A stretch of DNA of 64,000 nucleotides, taken from positions 265,713-329,712 of the forward strand of contig CAWAHN010000016.1 of assembly GCA_963781845.1 (NCBI GenBank). The letters run 5' to 3'. The position numbers and the translations under genes are program-made. This DNA is from an uncultured Chloroflexia bacterium (GTDB taxonomy: Bacteria; Chloroflexota; Limnocylindria; Limnocylindrales; CSP1-4). The notes under the pieces are model-generated. The model was given only the letters and a program-made list of their open reading frames with translations. It ran no database searches and had not been told where the DNA came from. Positions 37,133 to 46,202 of the stretch are shown in pieces (the first letter of the stretch is position 1; each line of letters starts with the position of its first letter).

Positions 37133-37821
37133 GGGCGGGTGCCGTTCCCCCCGCCCGTCCCGGACTCCGGTCCGGTCGCGCCATTGGCCGCGGTGCCCAC
37201 ACCACCGCTCGTCCCGCCCCCACCGGTGGCTCCGCCGCCGGTCGTCGATCCGGCCCCGGCCGGAGCGCCCGGTCCGGTGCCCGCACTGCCGACGGCCCCG
37301 CCCCGGGGCGACGCATGGGGCGGATCCGGCCGCTGGACGGCGGTGGCCGGGCGGGCCGACGGGGCCGGACCGGCGTCTCCGACGTCGATGGTCGGGTCGG
37401 GTCGAGCCGGGTCGGCCTGGGTCGAGGGCGCAGGCCGCGGCGGCACGCCGTCGGCGACGTCATCTCGGGACGGCGACACGCGCACGATGAGGCTGGTCGG
37501 AGGACCGCCCGATCCGACCCGCACCCAGAGCGTCAGCGCCGGATCGGTGAAGACGCGCCAGGCTCCCAGCCGGCCGGCGTCATGGAACCCGGCGCCGACG
37601 AGTTGCGCGGCATACGCGGTCATCGTCGACTCGGGCGACAGCTCGGAGGCGAACGACAGGAAATCGCCGGCCCCGTCGACACCCGGCCCGGCGGTCCCGA
37701 GGTCGGTCGCCAGGCCGGGTCGAGGGATGGACCCGAGCGCCCGTGCGTCCGGCCGATCGCCGCTGGGGGGCGACGGGGTGACGACCTGCGGCCCGCACGC
37801 CGCGACACAGCCCACAGCCAT
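37129..37821 (-). CDS. Probable lipoprotein with Gly/Pro-rich tail, first gene of the two-component operon
   Basis: It overlaps the regulator by ATGA. The annotated ATG 37821 gives MAVGCVAACGPQ, which is too short for a signal peptide. The in-frame upstream sequence LTPKRVERRLVVLVL plus AAAGGA suggests a CTG start at 37866 (see findings). Confidence 0.55.
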   Translation of the reverse strand: MAVGCVAACGPQVVTPSPPSGDRPDARALGSIPRPGLATDLGTAGPGVDGAGDFLSFASELSPESTMTAYAAQLVGAGFHDAGRLGAWRVFTDPALTLWVRVGSGGPPTSLIVRVSPSRDDVADGVPPRPAPSTQADPARPDPTIDVGDAGPAPSARPATAVQRPDPPHASPRGGAVGSAGTGPGAPAGAGSTTGGGATGGGGTSGGVGTAANGATGPESGTGGGNGTRP

Positions 37822-38014
37822 CAGGACGAGGACGACGAGACGGCGTTCGACGCGCTTCGGGGTCAGTGAACGATCCTTTCGATGGGCACCCTGTCGAGCG
37901 ACCTTGCCGTCGACCTGTCCATCCTAGCGTGCCGACGCGCCGGCTCCCATACCCTGGCCGACCGAATCGCGGCGCGTTCCGGATTCGTGTCGCTCCGATG
38001 CACCGCCCGGTGGA

Positions 38015-39004
38015 TCAACCGAGGCGCAGGGCGGGCAGGACGTCGCGGCCGAAGACGTCGATGAACTCCGCCTGATTCCGCCCGACGTTGTGGAGGTGGA
38101 TCTCGTCGAAGCCCATGTCGACGTAGTGCTGGATCTGCTGGGTGTGCCAGTCGAGGTCGGCGCTCATGAGGCAGCGATCGACGAAGTCCTCGGGCCGGAC
38201 CAGCCTGGCCATCGCCGCGAAGTCCTCCGGGTTCTTGATGTCCTGCTTGGGGAAGGGCATGCCGCCGTTCGGCCACTCCCGCATCGCGTTGGCGATCGCC
38301 TCGTCGTCGGTCGCCGCCCAGCTGATGTGGATCTGGAGGAGCTTGGGCATCCCGGCGGGATCCTTGCCCGCCTCGCGCGCGCCCTCGTCGAACTTCCCCC
38401 ACAGCATCCCGATCTTGTCGTCGGCCGCCCCGACCGTGATCATCCCGTCGGCCAGTCGGCCGGTCCGCTTGGCGTTGACCGGGCCGGCGGTCGCGACGTA
38501 GACCTTGACCGCCTCCTCGGGTCGGGTGTAGAGGCGGGCGCTCTCGAGCTTGAAGTGATCGCCGCGGTGGCGGACGACCGCGCCGGTGAAGAGCTTGTTG
38601 ATGATCTCGATCGCCTCGAACAGCATCGAGCTGCGGACGCCGATCTCCGGCCACTCGCCGCCCACGATGTGCTCGTTGAGGGCCTCGCCGGCCCCCAGGC
38701 CGAGCCAGAACCTGCCCGGATACATCGCCCCCAGGGTCGCCGCGGCATGGGCGATCACCGCCGGGTGGTAGCGGAACCCGGGGCAGGTCACGGCCGTCCC
38801 GAACGGGAGCGTCGTGCGCTGGCCGAGGGCGCCCATGAAGCTCCAGGCGAAGGCGCTCTGGCCCTGCTGCGGCGTCCACGGGTGGAAGTGCTCGCTGACC
38901 ATGAACCCGGCGCTGAACCCGGCGTGCTCGGCCCGGGAGCACAGATCGAGGAGCTCCGTCGGGTGGAACTGCTCGAGCATCGCCGCGTAGCCGATCTTGG
39001 TCAT
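38015..39004 (-). CDS. LLM-class F420-dependent oxidoreductase (glucose-6-phosphate dehydrogenase-like subfamily)
   Basis: MTKIGYAAMLEQFHPTELL...SEHFHPW...LGLGAGEALNEH. ATG 39004. Confidence 0.8.
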   Translation of the reverse strand: MTKIGYAAMLEQFHPTELLDLCSRAEHAGFSAGFMVSEHFHPWTPQQGQSAFAWSFMGALGQRTTLPFGTAVTCPGFRYHPAVIAHAAATLGAMYPGRFWLGLGAGEALNEHIVGGEWPEIGVRSSMLFEAIEIINKLFTGAVVRHRGDHFKLESARLYTRPEEAVKVYVATAGPVNAKRTGRLADGMITVGAADDKIGMLWGKFDEGAREAGKDPAGMPKLLQIHISWAATDDEAIANAMREWPNGGMPFPKQDIKNPEDFAAMARLVRPEDFVDRCLMSADLDWHTQQIQHYVDMGFDEIHLHNVGRNQAEFIDVFGRDVLPALRLG

Positions 39005-39172
39005 GCGGCCATCGTAGCCGAGCCGGCCCTCGGTCACGATCCGCACCGCCGGCGCACCTGGACGGCGACCGGATCGGACCGATCGCGCTGCCCTGGGCCC
39101 GCACGACCGGCCGGTCGCCTCGGGTATCCTTCACCTCGATATCCCGAACCCCACATCCCACAGGTGGTGCCC

Positions 39173-40336
39173 ATGAAGGTCGGCGTCGCCCGGGAGACCG
39201 CGGCCGGTGAACGGCGCGTCGCCCTGGTACCCGAAGCGCTCGGCAAGCTGACCGCTGCCGGGTTGGAGATCCTCGTCGAGGCCGGCGCCGGTGCCGGTGC
39301 GGCGATCCCCGATACCGCCTACGTCGAGGCCGGCGCGACGATCGTCTCCACCGCCGACCTGTACGGCGGCGCCGATGTCGTCCTGCGGGTCCAGAAGCCG
39401 TCCGAGGACGACGTCGCCAGGCTGCGGTCGGGCCAGGCCGTCATCGGGTTCCTGGCACCGCTGATCGACCCGAAGCTGGCCGCGAGCCTCGCCGCCAAGG
39501 GGGTCACGGCGATCAGCCTCGACGCGCTGCCCCGGACCCTGTCGCGCGCCCAGTCGATGGACGCCCTCAGCTCGCAGGCCAATGTCGGCGGCTACAAGGC
39601 GGTCCTGATCGCCGCCAACGCCTACGGCCGCTACTTCCCGCTCCTGACGACGGCTGCCGGGACGGCCAAGCCGGCCAATGTGCTCATCCTCGGGATCGGC
39701 GTCGCCGGTCTCCAGGCGATCGGCACCGCGCGGCGCCTGGGCTCGGTCGTCAAGGCCTACGACGTCCGGTCCGAGACGAAGGAGCAGGCCGAGTCGCTCG
39801 GAGCCACGTTCATCGTCCTGAAGTCGGTCGCCGACGCCTCGGGCGAGGGTGGCTACGCCCGCCAGCTGACACCCGAGGAGCAGGCCGCCCAACAGGCCGA
39901 GCTGAACGGGCACATCGCGACGATGGACGTGATCATCACCACGGCCCAGGTCCCGGGACGGCGTCCGCCCCTGCTCGTCACCGCCGCGGCCATCGCCGGG
40001 ATGAAGCCAGGGTCGGTGATCGTGGACATGGCGGCCTCCGCCCTCGGCGGGAACGTCGAGCTGAGCAAGGTCGGCGAGACGACCGTGACCGACAACGGGG
40101 TGACGATCATCGCCCCGGACAACCTGCCGGCGACGATGCCGGCCGGCGCCTCGGCGTTCTACGCCCGGAACATCTCGGCGCTGCTCCTCCACTTCGTGAA
40201 GGACGGCGCGATGACCTACGACTTCGACGAGGAGATCACCGCCGGGACCGTCATCACCCACGGCGGGGCGGTCGTCCAGGCGGCGACGAAGAAGCTCCTC
40301 GAGCCCGCGGCCCCGGCCGCCGGAGGTGTCGCGTGA
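39173..40336 (+). CDS. pntAA: NAD(P) transhydrogenase subunit alpha, part 1
   Basis: ATG 39173 has AGGTGG upstream. MKVGVARETAAGERRVALVPE...ILGIGVAGLQAIGTARRLGS. Confidence 0.9.
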   Translation: MKVGVARETAAGERRVALVPEALGKLTAAGLEILVEAGAGAGAAIPDTAYVEAGATIVSTADLYGGADVVLRVQKPSEDDVARLRSGQAVIGFLAPLIDPKLAASLAAKGVTAISLDALPRTLSRAQSMDALSSQANVGGYKAVLIAANAYGRYFPLLTTAAGTAKPANVLILGIGVAGLQAIGTARRLGSVVKAYDVRSETKEQAESLGATFIVLKSVADASGEGGYARQLTPEEQAAQQAELNGHIATMDVIITTAQVPGRRPPLLVTAAAIAGMKPGSVIVDMAASALGGNVELSKVGETTVTDNGVTIIAPDNLPATMPAGASAFYARNISALLLHFVKDGAMTYDFDEEITAGTVITHGGAVVQAATKKLLEPAAPAAGGVA

Positions 40337-40665
40337 GCCCGGAACTCCTCAACTCGCTGGCGATCTTCGTCCTGGCGATCCTCGTCGGGTTCGAGGTCAT
40401 CGCCAAGGTCCCCGCCACGCTCCACACCCCGCTGATGTCCGGCGCCAACTCGATCCACGGGATCGTCCTGGTCGGCGGCATGCTCATCGCCGCCGAAGCG
40501 GACAACCCGTTGAGCTACGTGCTCGCCTTCATCGCGATGGTCTTCGGCGCCGCCAACGTCGTCGGCGGATACGTCGTCACCGACCGGATGCTCCAGATGT
40601 TCCGGAAGAAGCCTGCGGCCGCGAAGGCCGGGTCCGAGGGCGCCCCCGGCGCCTCCGGCACCTAG
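40333..40665 (+). CDS. pntAB: NAD(P) transhydrogenase subunit alpha, part 2 (membrane)
   Basis: It starts in a GTGA overlap. LHTPLMSGANSIHGIVLVG...VVGGYVVTDRML. Confidence 0.9.
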   Translation: MSPELLNSLAIFVLAILVGFEVIAKVPATLHTPLMSGANSIHGIVLVGGMLIAAEADNPLSYVLAFIAMVFGAANVVGGYVVTDRMLQMFRKKPAAAKAGSEGAPGASGT

Positions 40666-40680
40666 TCGAGGAGCGCGCCG

Positions 40681-42123
40681 ATGTCACAGGAGTGGATCTA
40701 CACGTTCGTCTACCTGGCCTGGTTGGCCGGGGCGACCTGCTTCGTCCTGGGCCTCCACCAGATGAACTCGCCGGCCACCGCCCGGAACGGCAACCGGCTG
40801 AGCGCCAGCGGCATGACCGTCGCCGTGATCGCGACGCTGCTCTGGCTCATCCTCCGGCCGGGCGGCCTGAGCGTCACGGCCTGGGCGATCATCCTGGTCG
40901 GCTTCGCCATCGGCGGCGGAGCGGGCCTGTACATGGCCCGGTCCGTGAAGATGACCGCGATGCCGCAGCTGGTGTCGCTGTTCAACGCCGTCGGCGGCGG
41001 CGCCGCTGCGCTCGTCGCGATCGATGACTTCCTCAAGATCGCGGGCACGCCCGAGGCGACCCTGTCGACGACGATCTTCGTCGTCCTCGGCGCGGTCATC
41101 GGGTCGGTCACGTTCACCGGGTCGTTGATCGCCGGCGGCAAGCTCCAGGGGCTGATCGCGGGCAAGCCGATCATGGTCCCGGGCGGCCGGATCGTGACCT
41201 ACGCCCTCGCCGCCATCGCCGTGCTCGGCACCCTGGCCCTCATCCTCGGGGCCGCCGGGGCGATGACCCTGTCGAGCAGCGCGACCCTGGCCATCCTCGC
41301 CGTCGTCGTGGCCTCCGGTCTCGTCTTCGGGATCACGATGGTCCTGCCGATCGGCGGCGCCGACATGCCGGTCGTCATCAGCCTGCTGAACTCGTTCACC
41401 GGGACGGCGGCGGCGATGGCCGGGTTCGTCATCGGGAACCCCGTGCTGATCATCTCGGGCGCCCTGGTCGGCGCCTCGGGCGGGATCCTGACCAAGCTGA
41501 TGGCCGATGCGATGAACCGGTCGGTGATCAACATCATCGCCGGCGGCTTCGGCGGCGGCGAGGGGACGCAGGCGGCGGTCGGCGGCCCGGGCGGGTCGGT
41601 CCGCGAGATCTCGGCCGACGACGTGGCCATCCAGCTCGCCTATGCCCAGCACGTGATCATCGTGCCGGGCTACGGCCTGGCCGTGGCGCAGGCCCAGCAC
41701 CAGGTCCGCGAGCTGGCCGAGCTGCTCGAGGCCCGCGGGGTCGACGTCAAGTACGCCATCCACCCCGTCGCCGGCCGGATGCCGGGGCACATGAACGTCC
41801 TCCTGGCGGAGGCCAACGTGCCCTACCCGCAGCTCAAGGAGATGGACGAGATCAACCCGGAGTTCGATCGCTGCGACGTCGCCCTGGTCATCGGCGCCAA
41901 CGACGTGACCAACCCGGCCGCCCGGCGTCCGGGGTCCCCGGTCTCGGGCATGCCGATCCTCGACGTCGACCACGCCAAGTCGATCGTGGTCATCAAGCGC
42001 TCGATGGGTCGCGGCTACGCCGGGATCGACAACGAGCTCTACGCCGACCCGAAGACGGGCATGCTCTTCGCCGACGCGAAGGACGGCCTGGCGGCCCTGG
42101 TCAGCGCGGTCAAGGCGGTCTGA
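40681..42123 (+). CDS. pntB: NAD(P) transhydrogenase subunit beta
   Basis: GAGGAG lies upstream. A multi-TM N-terminus is followed by IVPGYGLAVAQAQH...HPVAGRMPGHMNVLLAEA...IGANDVTNPAA. Confidence 0.9.
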   Translation: MSQEWIYTFVYLAWLAGATCFVLGLHQMNSPATARNGNRLSASGMTVAVIATLLWLILRPGGLSVTAWAIILVGFAIGGGAGLYMARSVKMTAMPQLVSLFNAVGGGAAALVAIDDFLKIAGTPEATLSTTIFVVLGAVIGSVTFTGSLIAGGKLQGLIAGKPIMVPGGRIVTYALAAIAVLGTLALILGAAGAMTLSSSATLAILAVVVASGLVFGITMVLPIGGADMPVVISLLNSFTGTAAAMAGFVIGNPVLIISGALVGASGGILTKLMADAMNRSVINIIAGGFGGGEGTQAAVGGPGGSVREISADDVAIQLAYAQHVIIVPGYGLAVAQAQHQVRELAELLEARGVDVKYAIHPVAGRMPGHMNVLLAEANVPYPQLKEMDEINPEFDRCDVALVIGANDVTNPAARRPGSPVSGMPILDVDHAKSIVVIKRSMGRGYAGIDNELYADPKTGMLFADAKDGLAALVSAVKAV

Positions 42124-42212
42124 CCGACCCGGCCGAACGCCGGACCGACGACTATCATCGAGCTGACCGACCGCGTACCCACGTCGGCCGCATGGGACCC
42201 AGCCGGTGAGCG

Positions 42213-43229
42213 ATGACGGCCGACTTCAGCCTCGTCCTGGCGATCCTGATGGCGTTCGCGTTCGCCCTCACCAACGGGTTCCACGACGCGGCCAACTCGA
42301 TCGCCACGCTGGTCGCCACCCGGGTCGCGCGGCCGCTCCCTGCGGTGGCGATGGCATCGGTCTTCAACCTCATCGGCCCGCTCCTGTTCGGCGCAGCGGT
42401 CGCCAACACGGTCGGCAAGCTCGTCACCGTGGACCCGTCGCACGGGGTGCCGGTCATCGGGGCCGGGCTGACCGGAGCCGTCGTGTGGAACACCTTCACC
42501 TGGCGTCGGAGCCTGCCGTCGAGCTCGAGCCACGCCCTGGTCGGGGGCCTGGTCGGTGCCGCCCTGCTCGATACGGGACCGGGATCGATCAACCTCGGTC
42601 CCGTCCAGGACGGCCATCTCTACGGGGTCCTCGGGGTCCTCGTCGGGCTCCTGGTGGCGACCTCCCTCGGGTTCGCGGTCGCCTACCTCGTCGAACGGAT
42701 CCTGCTCCGGGCGACCCGGCGAGCGTCCGCCCGGCTGCGCCGCCCGGTCCGGAGCGTCCAGTGGGCGACCTCGGCGTTCCTCGCCTTCAGCCACGGGTCG
42801 AACGACGCGCAGAAGACGGTCGGGATCGTCGCCGGCCTGCTCGTGGCCAGCGGCAACTCGACCAGCCTGACCGCGCCGCTTCCGGTCGTCCTCGGCGCCT
42901 CGATCTCGTTGACCCTCGGGACGGCGCTCGGCGGCTGGGGCATCATCAAGACCGTCGGACGGCGGATCTTCCCGATCCGCAGCCTGGACGGTCTCGTCAG
43001 CCAGTCGTCATCCGCCAGCGTCATCTTCGCGGCGTCGCTGGTGGGTGCGCCGGTGAGCACGACCCAGGTCGTCTCGAGCTCGATCGTCGGGATCGGGATC
43101 GGCCGCTCGCGCTGGCGGCACATCAGCTGGGAGGTGGTCCGGTCGATCGCCGTCGCCTGGGTCACGACGATGCCGGCCGCGGCGATCATCGCCGCGCTGA
43201 CGCTGCCGATCTGGAAGTCGCTACCGTGA
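42213..43229 (+). CDS. pit: Inorganic phosphate transporter, PiT family
   Basis: FALTNGFHDAANSIAT and the second repeat FSHGSNDAQKTVGI. Confidence 0.85.
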   Translation: MTADFSLVLAILMAFAFALTNGFHDAANSIATLVATRVARPLPAVAMASVFNLIGPLLFGAAVANTVGKLVTVDPSHGVPVIGAGLTGAVVWNTFTWRRSLPSSSSHALVGGLVGAALLDTGPGSINLGPVQDGHLYGVLGVLVGLLVATSLGFAVAYLVERILLRATRRASARLRRPVRSVQWATSAFLAFSHGSNDAQKTVGIVAGLLVASGNSTSLTAPLPVVLGASISLTLGTALGGWGIIKTVGRRIFPIRSLDGLVSQSSSASVIFAASLVGAPVSTTQVVSSSIVGIGIGRSRWRHISWEVVRSIAVAWVTTMPAAAIIAALTLPIWKSLP

Positions 43230-43239
43230 GGTCGATCCC

Positions 43240-43863
43240 ATGCCAGGCACGCTGAGCTGGTTCCTGCCCAAGGATCCCGATGTGCTGGGGACCCTCCGGG
43301 CGCAGGCCGCGGTGACGATCGAGGGGATGGCCGCGCTGGTCGAATGGGCGGGTGGGGATGCGTCGGCCAGCGACCGGATCCGGGACGCCGAGCACCGGGC
43401 CGACCATGTCAAGAAGGAGCTCCGGACCCAGCTCAAGGCGGCGTTCATCACGCCGATCGGGGCCGAGGACCTGTTCGTGATGTCGGGTCGGCTGGACGCG
43501 GTCATCAACGGTGCCAAGGACGCGGTCCGCGAGTCCGAGCTCATGGCGATGCCCCCGGATCCGACGGTCGCCGCGATGGCAGCACTGCTCGTCGAGGGCG
43601 TTCGCCAGCTGGCCGAGGCGTTCGACCACCTCGGCGCCTCCGACGGGGACGGCGAGGCCGCGACCGACGCGGCGGATCGAGCCGTGAAGGCCCAGCGCCA
43701 GCTCGAGCGGGTCTATCGCCAGGGGATGTCCGCCCTGCTCCAGGTCTCGGACCTGCGCGAGGTGATGGGCCGACGCGAGCTGTACCGACGCTTCGCCCGG
43801 ATCGGCGACGACGTCACCGAGGTCGCCGAGCGCGTCTGGTACGCCGCGGTGAAGGAGGTCTGA
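43240..43863 (+). CDS. DUF47/PhoU-like accessory protein of PiT transporters
   Basis: It has the helical PhoU-like pattern (IRDAEHRADHVKKEL...ITPIGAEDLF...ELYRRFARIGDDVTEVAERV) and lies adjacent to pit. Confidence 0.75.
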   Translation: MPGTLSWFLPKDPDVLGTLRAQAAVTIEGMAALVEWAGGDASASDRIRDAEHRADHVKKELRTQLKAAFITPIGAEDLFVMSGRLDAVINGAKDAVRESELMAMPPDPTVAAMAALLVEGVRQLAEAFDHLGASDGDGEAATDAADRAVKAQRQLERVYRQGMSALLQVSDLREVMGRRELYRRFARIGDDVTEVAERVWYAAVKEV

Positions 43864-43878
43864 GCGACCCGACCGTTC

Positions 43879-45501
43879 TCAGCCGCCCCGGTGCTTCTTG
43901 CCGTGCTTGCCGTTCCCAGCGCCGTTCGACGGTTCGGGCACGTACTGGACGGCGTTCGTGGGCGGCGCCGATGGGGAGACACCGGCTGGGGGCGGTTCGA
44001 CCGGCGGACGGCCCGCGGCTGATGCCGGAGCCGGCCGGACGATCGGCGTGACCGGTCGGGCGACCAGCTTGGGGCGCGGCGGGCTGCGGCGCTCGATCGG
44101 CTGGACCGGGCGAGCCTCGAGCCGAGGCCGCGGGATCGGGACCGTCGCCGGAGCCGGGGCGGCTGGGGGCGGTTCGGCGACCGCGACCGGCGAGACAGGC
44201 GCGATCGAGACCGCCTGCGCGGCTGGCGACGCGACCGCGGACGGCACCGGCGCGGGCGCGGCGGGCGACACGGCCGCGGCGGACGCCGGCGGCGCGGCGG
44301 GTGACACGACCGCGGCGGCCACGGCCGCGGACGGCGCGGGCGGCTTCTCCGCCGACATGTCGCCACCGGTGCCGTTGGCCTCGACGTGCCCGACGAGCGG
44401 GTTGACAGGCGCCCCCGAGCCGTCCTCGTGGCGGATGATCAGCGGCGCGAGCGTGCCGAGCGACTCGGCCACGACGACGGCATCGTCGCCGGAGGCGATC
44501 CGGAAGTCGGCCGGCGGGTTGACGTAGGCTCGGCCGGCCCGGCTGATCGACAGCAGGGTGGCGCGGTGGTCGGTCCGCAGCCGCGCACTGACCTCGTCGA
44601 CGGACAGTCCGAGGTAGTCGTCCGGGATGGCGATCCGGTAGAGCTCCGATCCCTCGCCCCCGGACACGATGTCGGCGACGAGCTCGGTCAAGCCGGGATA
44701 CAGGGCGGAACGCGCGAGCAGACGCGCGCCGACCTGCGACGAGACGAGGAGCTCGTCGACATGAGCGCGTCGGAAGTGATCGGCGTGGCGCGGGTTGTTG
44801 ACCTCTGCCACGGTCCGTACCTCGGGGGCGACCGACTCGATCGCCATGACCGTCAGGATCGAGCGCATGTCCGCGTCGTTCGTGTCGTCGGTCGGGAAGA
44901 TGAGCGCGGCCGACGCCTGCGCGAGGCCGGCCCGCTCGAGGTCGGCCGGCTCGGTCGGATCGCCCCTCACGAAGTAGACGCCGTCGCCCGCCGGGTTCTT
45001 GTCGAGCGGGGCGATGACCACGATCTTCACCTTGTAGTCGTCGGTCTGAAGCTCCTTGATCAGGTCGCGGGCCGTGGTATTCCAGCCACAGACCACGACG
45101 TGGCCCTCGTATCCGGACGCGCCCATACCCTGGCCCTCCTTGAGCAGGAAATCGATGACGATGGCGATGAGCGCCCCGGTGATCGTCCCGAAGAGCGCGA
45201 CTCCGAACAGGATCAGCATCCAGCTGATCAGCCAGCCGGCCGGCGAGGTGATGAACGCGGAGTCTCCCTGACCGAGGACCGTCGTCAGGCCCCAGTAGAA
45301 CGAGGCGCCCAGCGACGCGAGCGTCCAATCCTTCTCGAACAGGGTGATGAGGACCGCCGCGATCGCGACGATGATCAGGATCCCCTCGACGAGGGTGATG
45401 AAGAACCGACGGTCCAGCTGTCCGCTGAGCCGGCGCGCGTAGAACCGGATCCGCCGGATCATCGGCGAGTTCAGCAGACGCGCGGACAGGCGACTTCGCA
45501 T
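43879..45501 (-). CDS. Two-TM ion channel with RCK/TrkA-N domain and long Pro/Ala-rich C-terminal tail
   Basis: The pore region is FYWGLTTVLGQGD and the Rossmann motif is HVVVCGWNTTARDL. The C-terminal portion (about the last third) is PA-rich. Confidence 0.8.
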   Translation of the reverse strand: MRSRLSARLLNSPMIRRIRFYARRLSGQLDRRFFITLVEGILIIVAIAAVLITLFEKDWTLASLGASFYWGLTTVLGQGDSAFITSPAGWLISWMLILFGVALFGTITGALIAIVIDFLLKEGQGMGASGYEGHVVVCGWNTTARDLIKELQTDDYKVKIVVIAPLDKNPAGDGVYFVRGDPTEPADLERAGLAQASAALIFPTDDTNDADMRSILTVMAIESVAPEVRTVAEVNNPRHADHFRRAHVDELLVSSQVGARLLARSALYPGLTELVADIVSGGEGSELYRIAIPDDYLGLSVDEVSARLRTDHRATLLSISRAGRAYVNPPADFRIASGDDAVVVAESLGTLAPLIIRHEDGSGAPVNPLVGHVEANGTGGDMSAEKPPAPSAAVAAAVVSPAAPPASAAAVSPAAPAPVPSAVASPAAQAVSIAPVSPVAVAEPPPAAPAPATVPIPRPRLEARPVQPIERRSPPRPKLVARPVTPIVRPAPASAAGRPPVEPPPAGVSPSAPPTNAVQYVPEPSNGAGNGKHGKKHRGG

Positions 45502-45554
45502 CAGGACGCGGAGTCTAGCGGCTCGGGCGCGAGACCTGAACCATCCAGACCGCT

Positions 45555-45592
45555 CTTATCCGCTCTCGTCGGCCCGGACCGACCTTATCCGC
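45555..45592. promoter_or_regulatory. Direct repeat CTTATCCGC x2 (starts 29 bp apart) upstream of the channel gene
   Basis: The copies are at 45555-45563 and 45584-45592. TAGACT (-10-like on the minus strand, + strand 45512-45517) lies between them and the start. Confidence 0.25.
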
Positions 45593-45617
45593 CCCGATGG
45601 GTACGTCGGGAACGTCG

Positions 45618-45647
45618 AAGCCGCCACGGCGGCCTGCCGGGCGGCTT
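45618..45647 (-). terminator. Hairpin after the VOC gene
   Basis: AAGCCGCC-14 nt-GGCGGCTT, 22 nt downstream of the TAG at 45670. Confidence 0.35.
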
Positions 45648-45669
45648 GTGCGAGCGGGCCGAGCGGCAT

Positions 45670-46197
45670 CTACGTATGGGAGCTGCCCGATGCTCCCCAC
45701 CGGCTCACCTCGGCGTCGAGGTCGAGCGGCATGACCGCGCCCTTGTTCTCGAACTCGCCCCACGCGTCGCGCGGGACACGCCACATGATCTCGAACTCGT
45801 TGCCGTCGGGGTCGGCCCCGTAGAGCGACTTGGACACCCCGTGATCCGACGCCCCGCCGAGGGCGCCGGCCGACGACAGGACGGTCGCGGCGCGGGCGAG
45901 GTCCTCGATCGTCGGGACCTCCCAGGCCAGGTGATACAGACCGGTCGAGCCACGCGGCGGGCGCGGTGCGTCCGGTCCGACCGAGAAGAGACCGAGGTCG
46001 TGGTGGTTCTCGCCGCTGGCCGCGCGCATGAAGACCGCCCGGCCGCCGAAGGCGTTCTCGACGACCTCGAAGCCGAAGACCCGGTGGTAGAAGTCGGCGG
46101 CGAGGGTCGCGTCACGGACGTACAGCACCGCGTGGTTGAGGCGGGCGACCGGGATGGTCGTCCCGGTCGCTTCCGCGGTCCCGCTGGATCCGGTCAT
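45670..46197 (-). CDS. VOC family protein (extradiol dioxygenase/glyoxalase-like)
   Basis: RLNHAVLYVRDATLAADFYHRVFGFE...HHDLGLF...LYHLAWEV...YGADPDGNEFEI. Confidence 0.8.
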   Translation of the reverse strand: MTGSSGTAEATGTTIPVARLNHAVLYVRDATLAADFYHRVFGFEVVENAFGGRAVFMRAASGENHHDLGLFSVGPDAPRPPRGSTGLYHLAWEVPTIEDLARAATVLSSAGALGGASDHGVSKSLYGADPDGNEFEIMWRVPRDAWGEFENKGAVMPLDLDAEVSRWGASGSSHT

Positions 46198-46202
46198 CTG
46201 GA

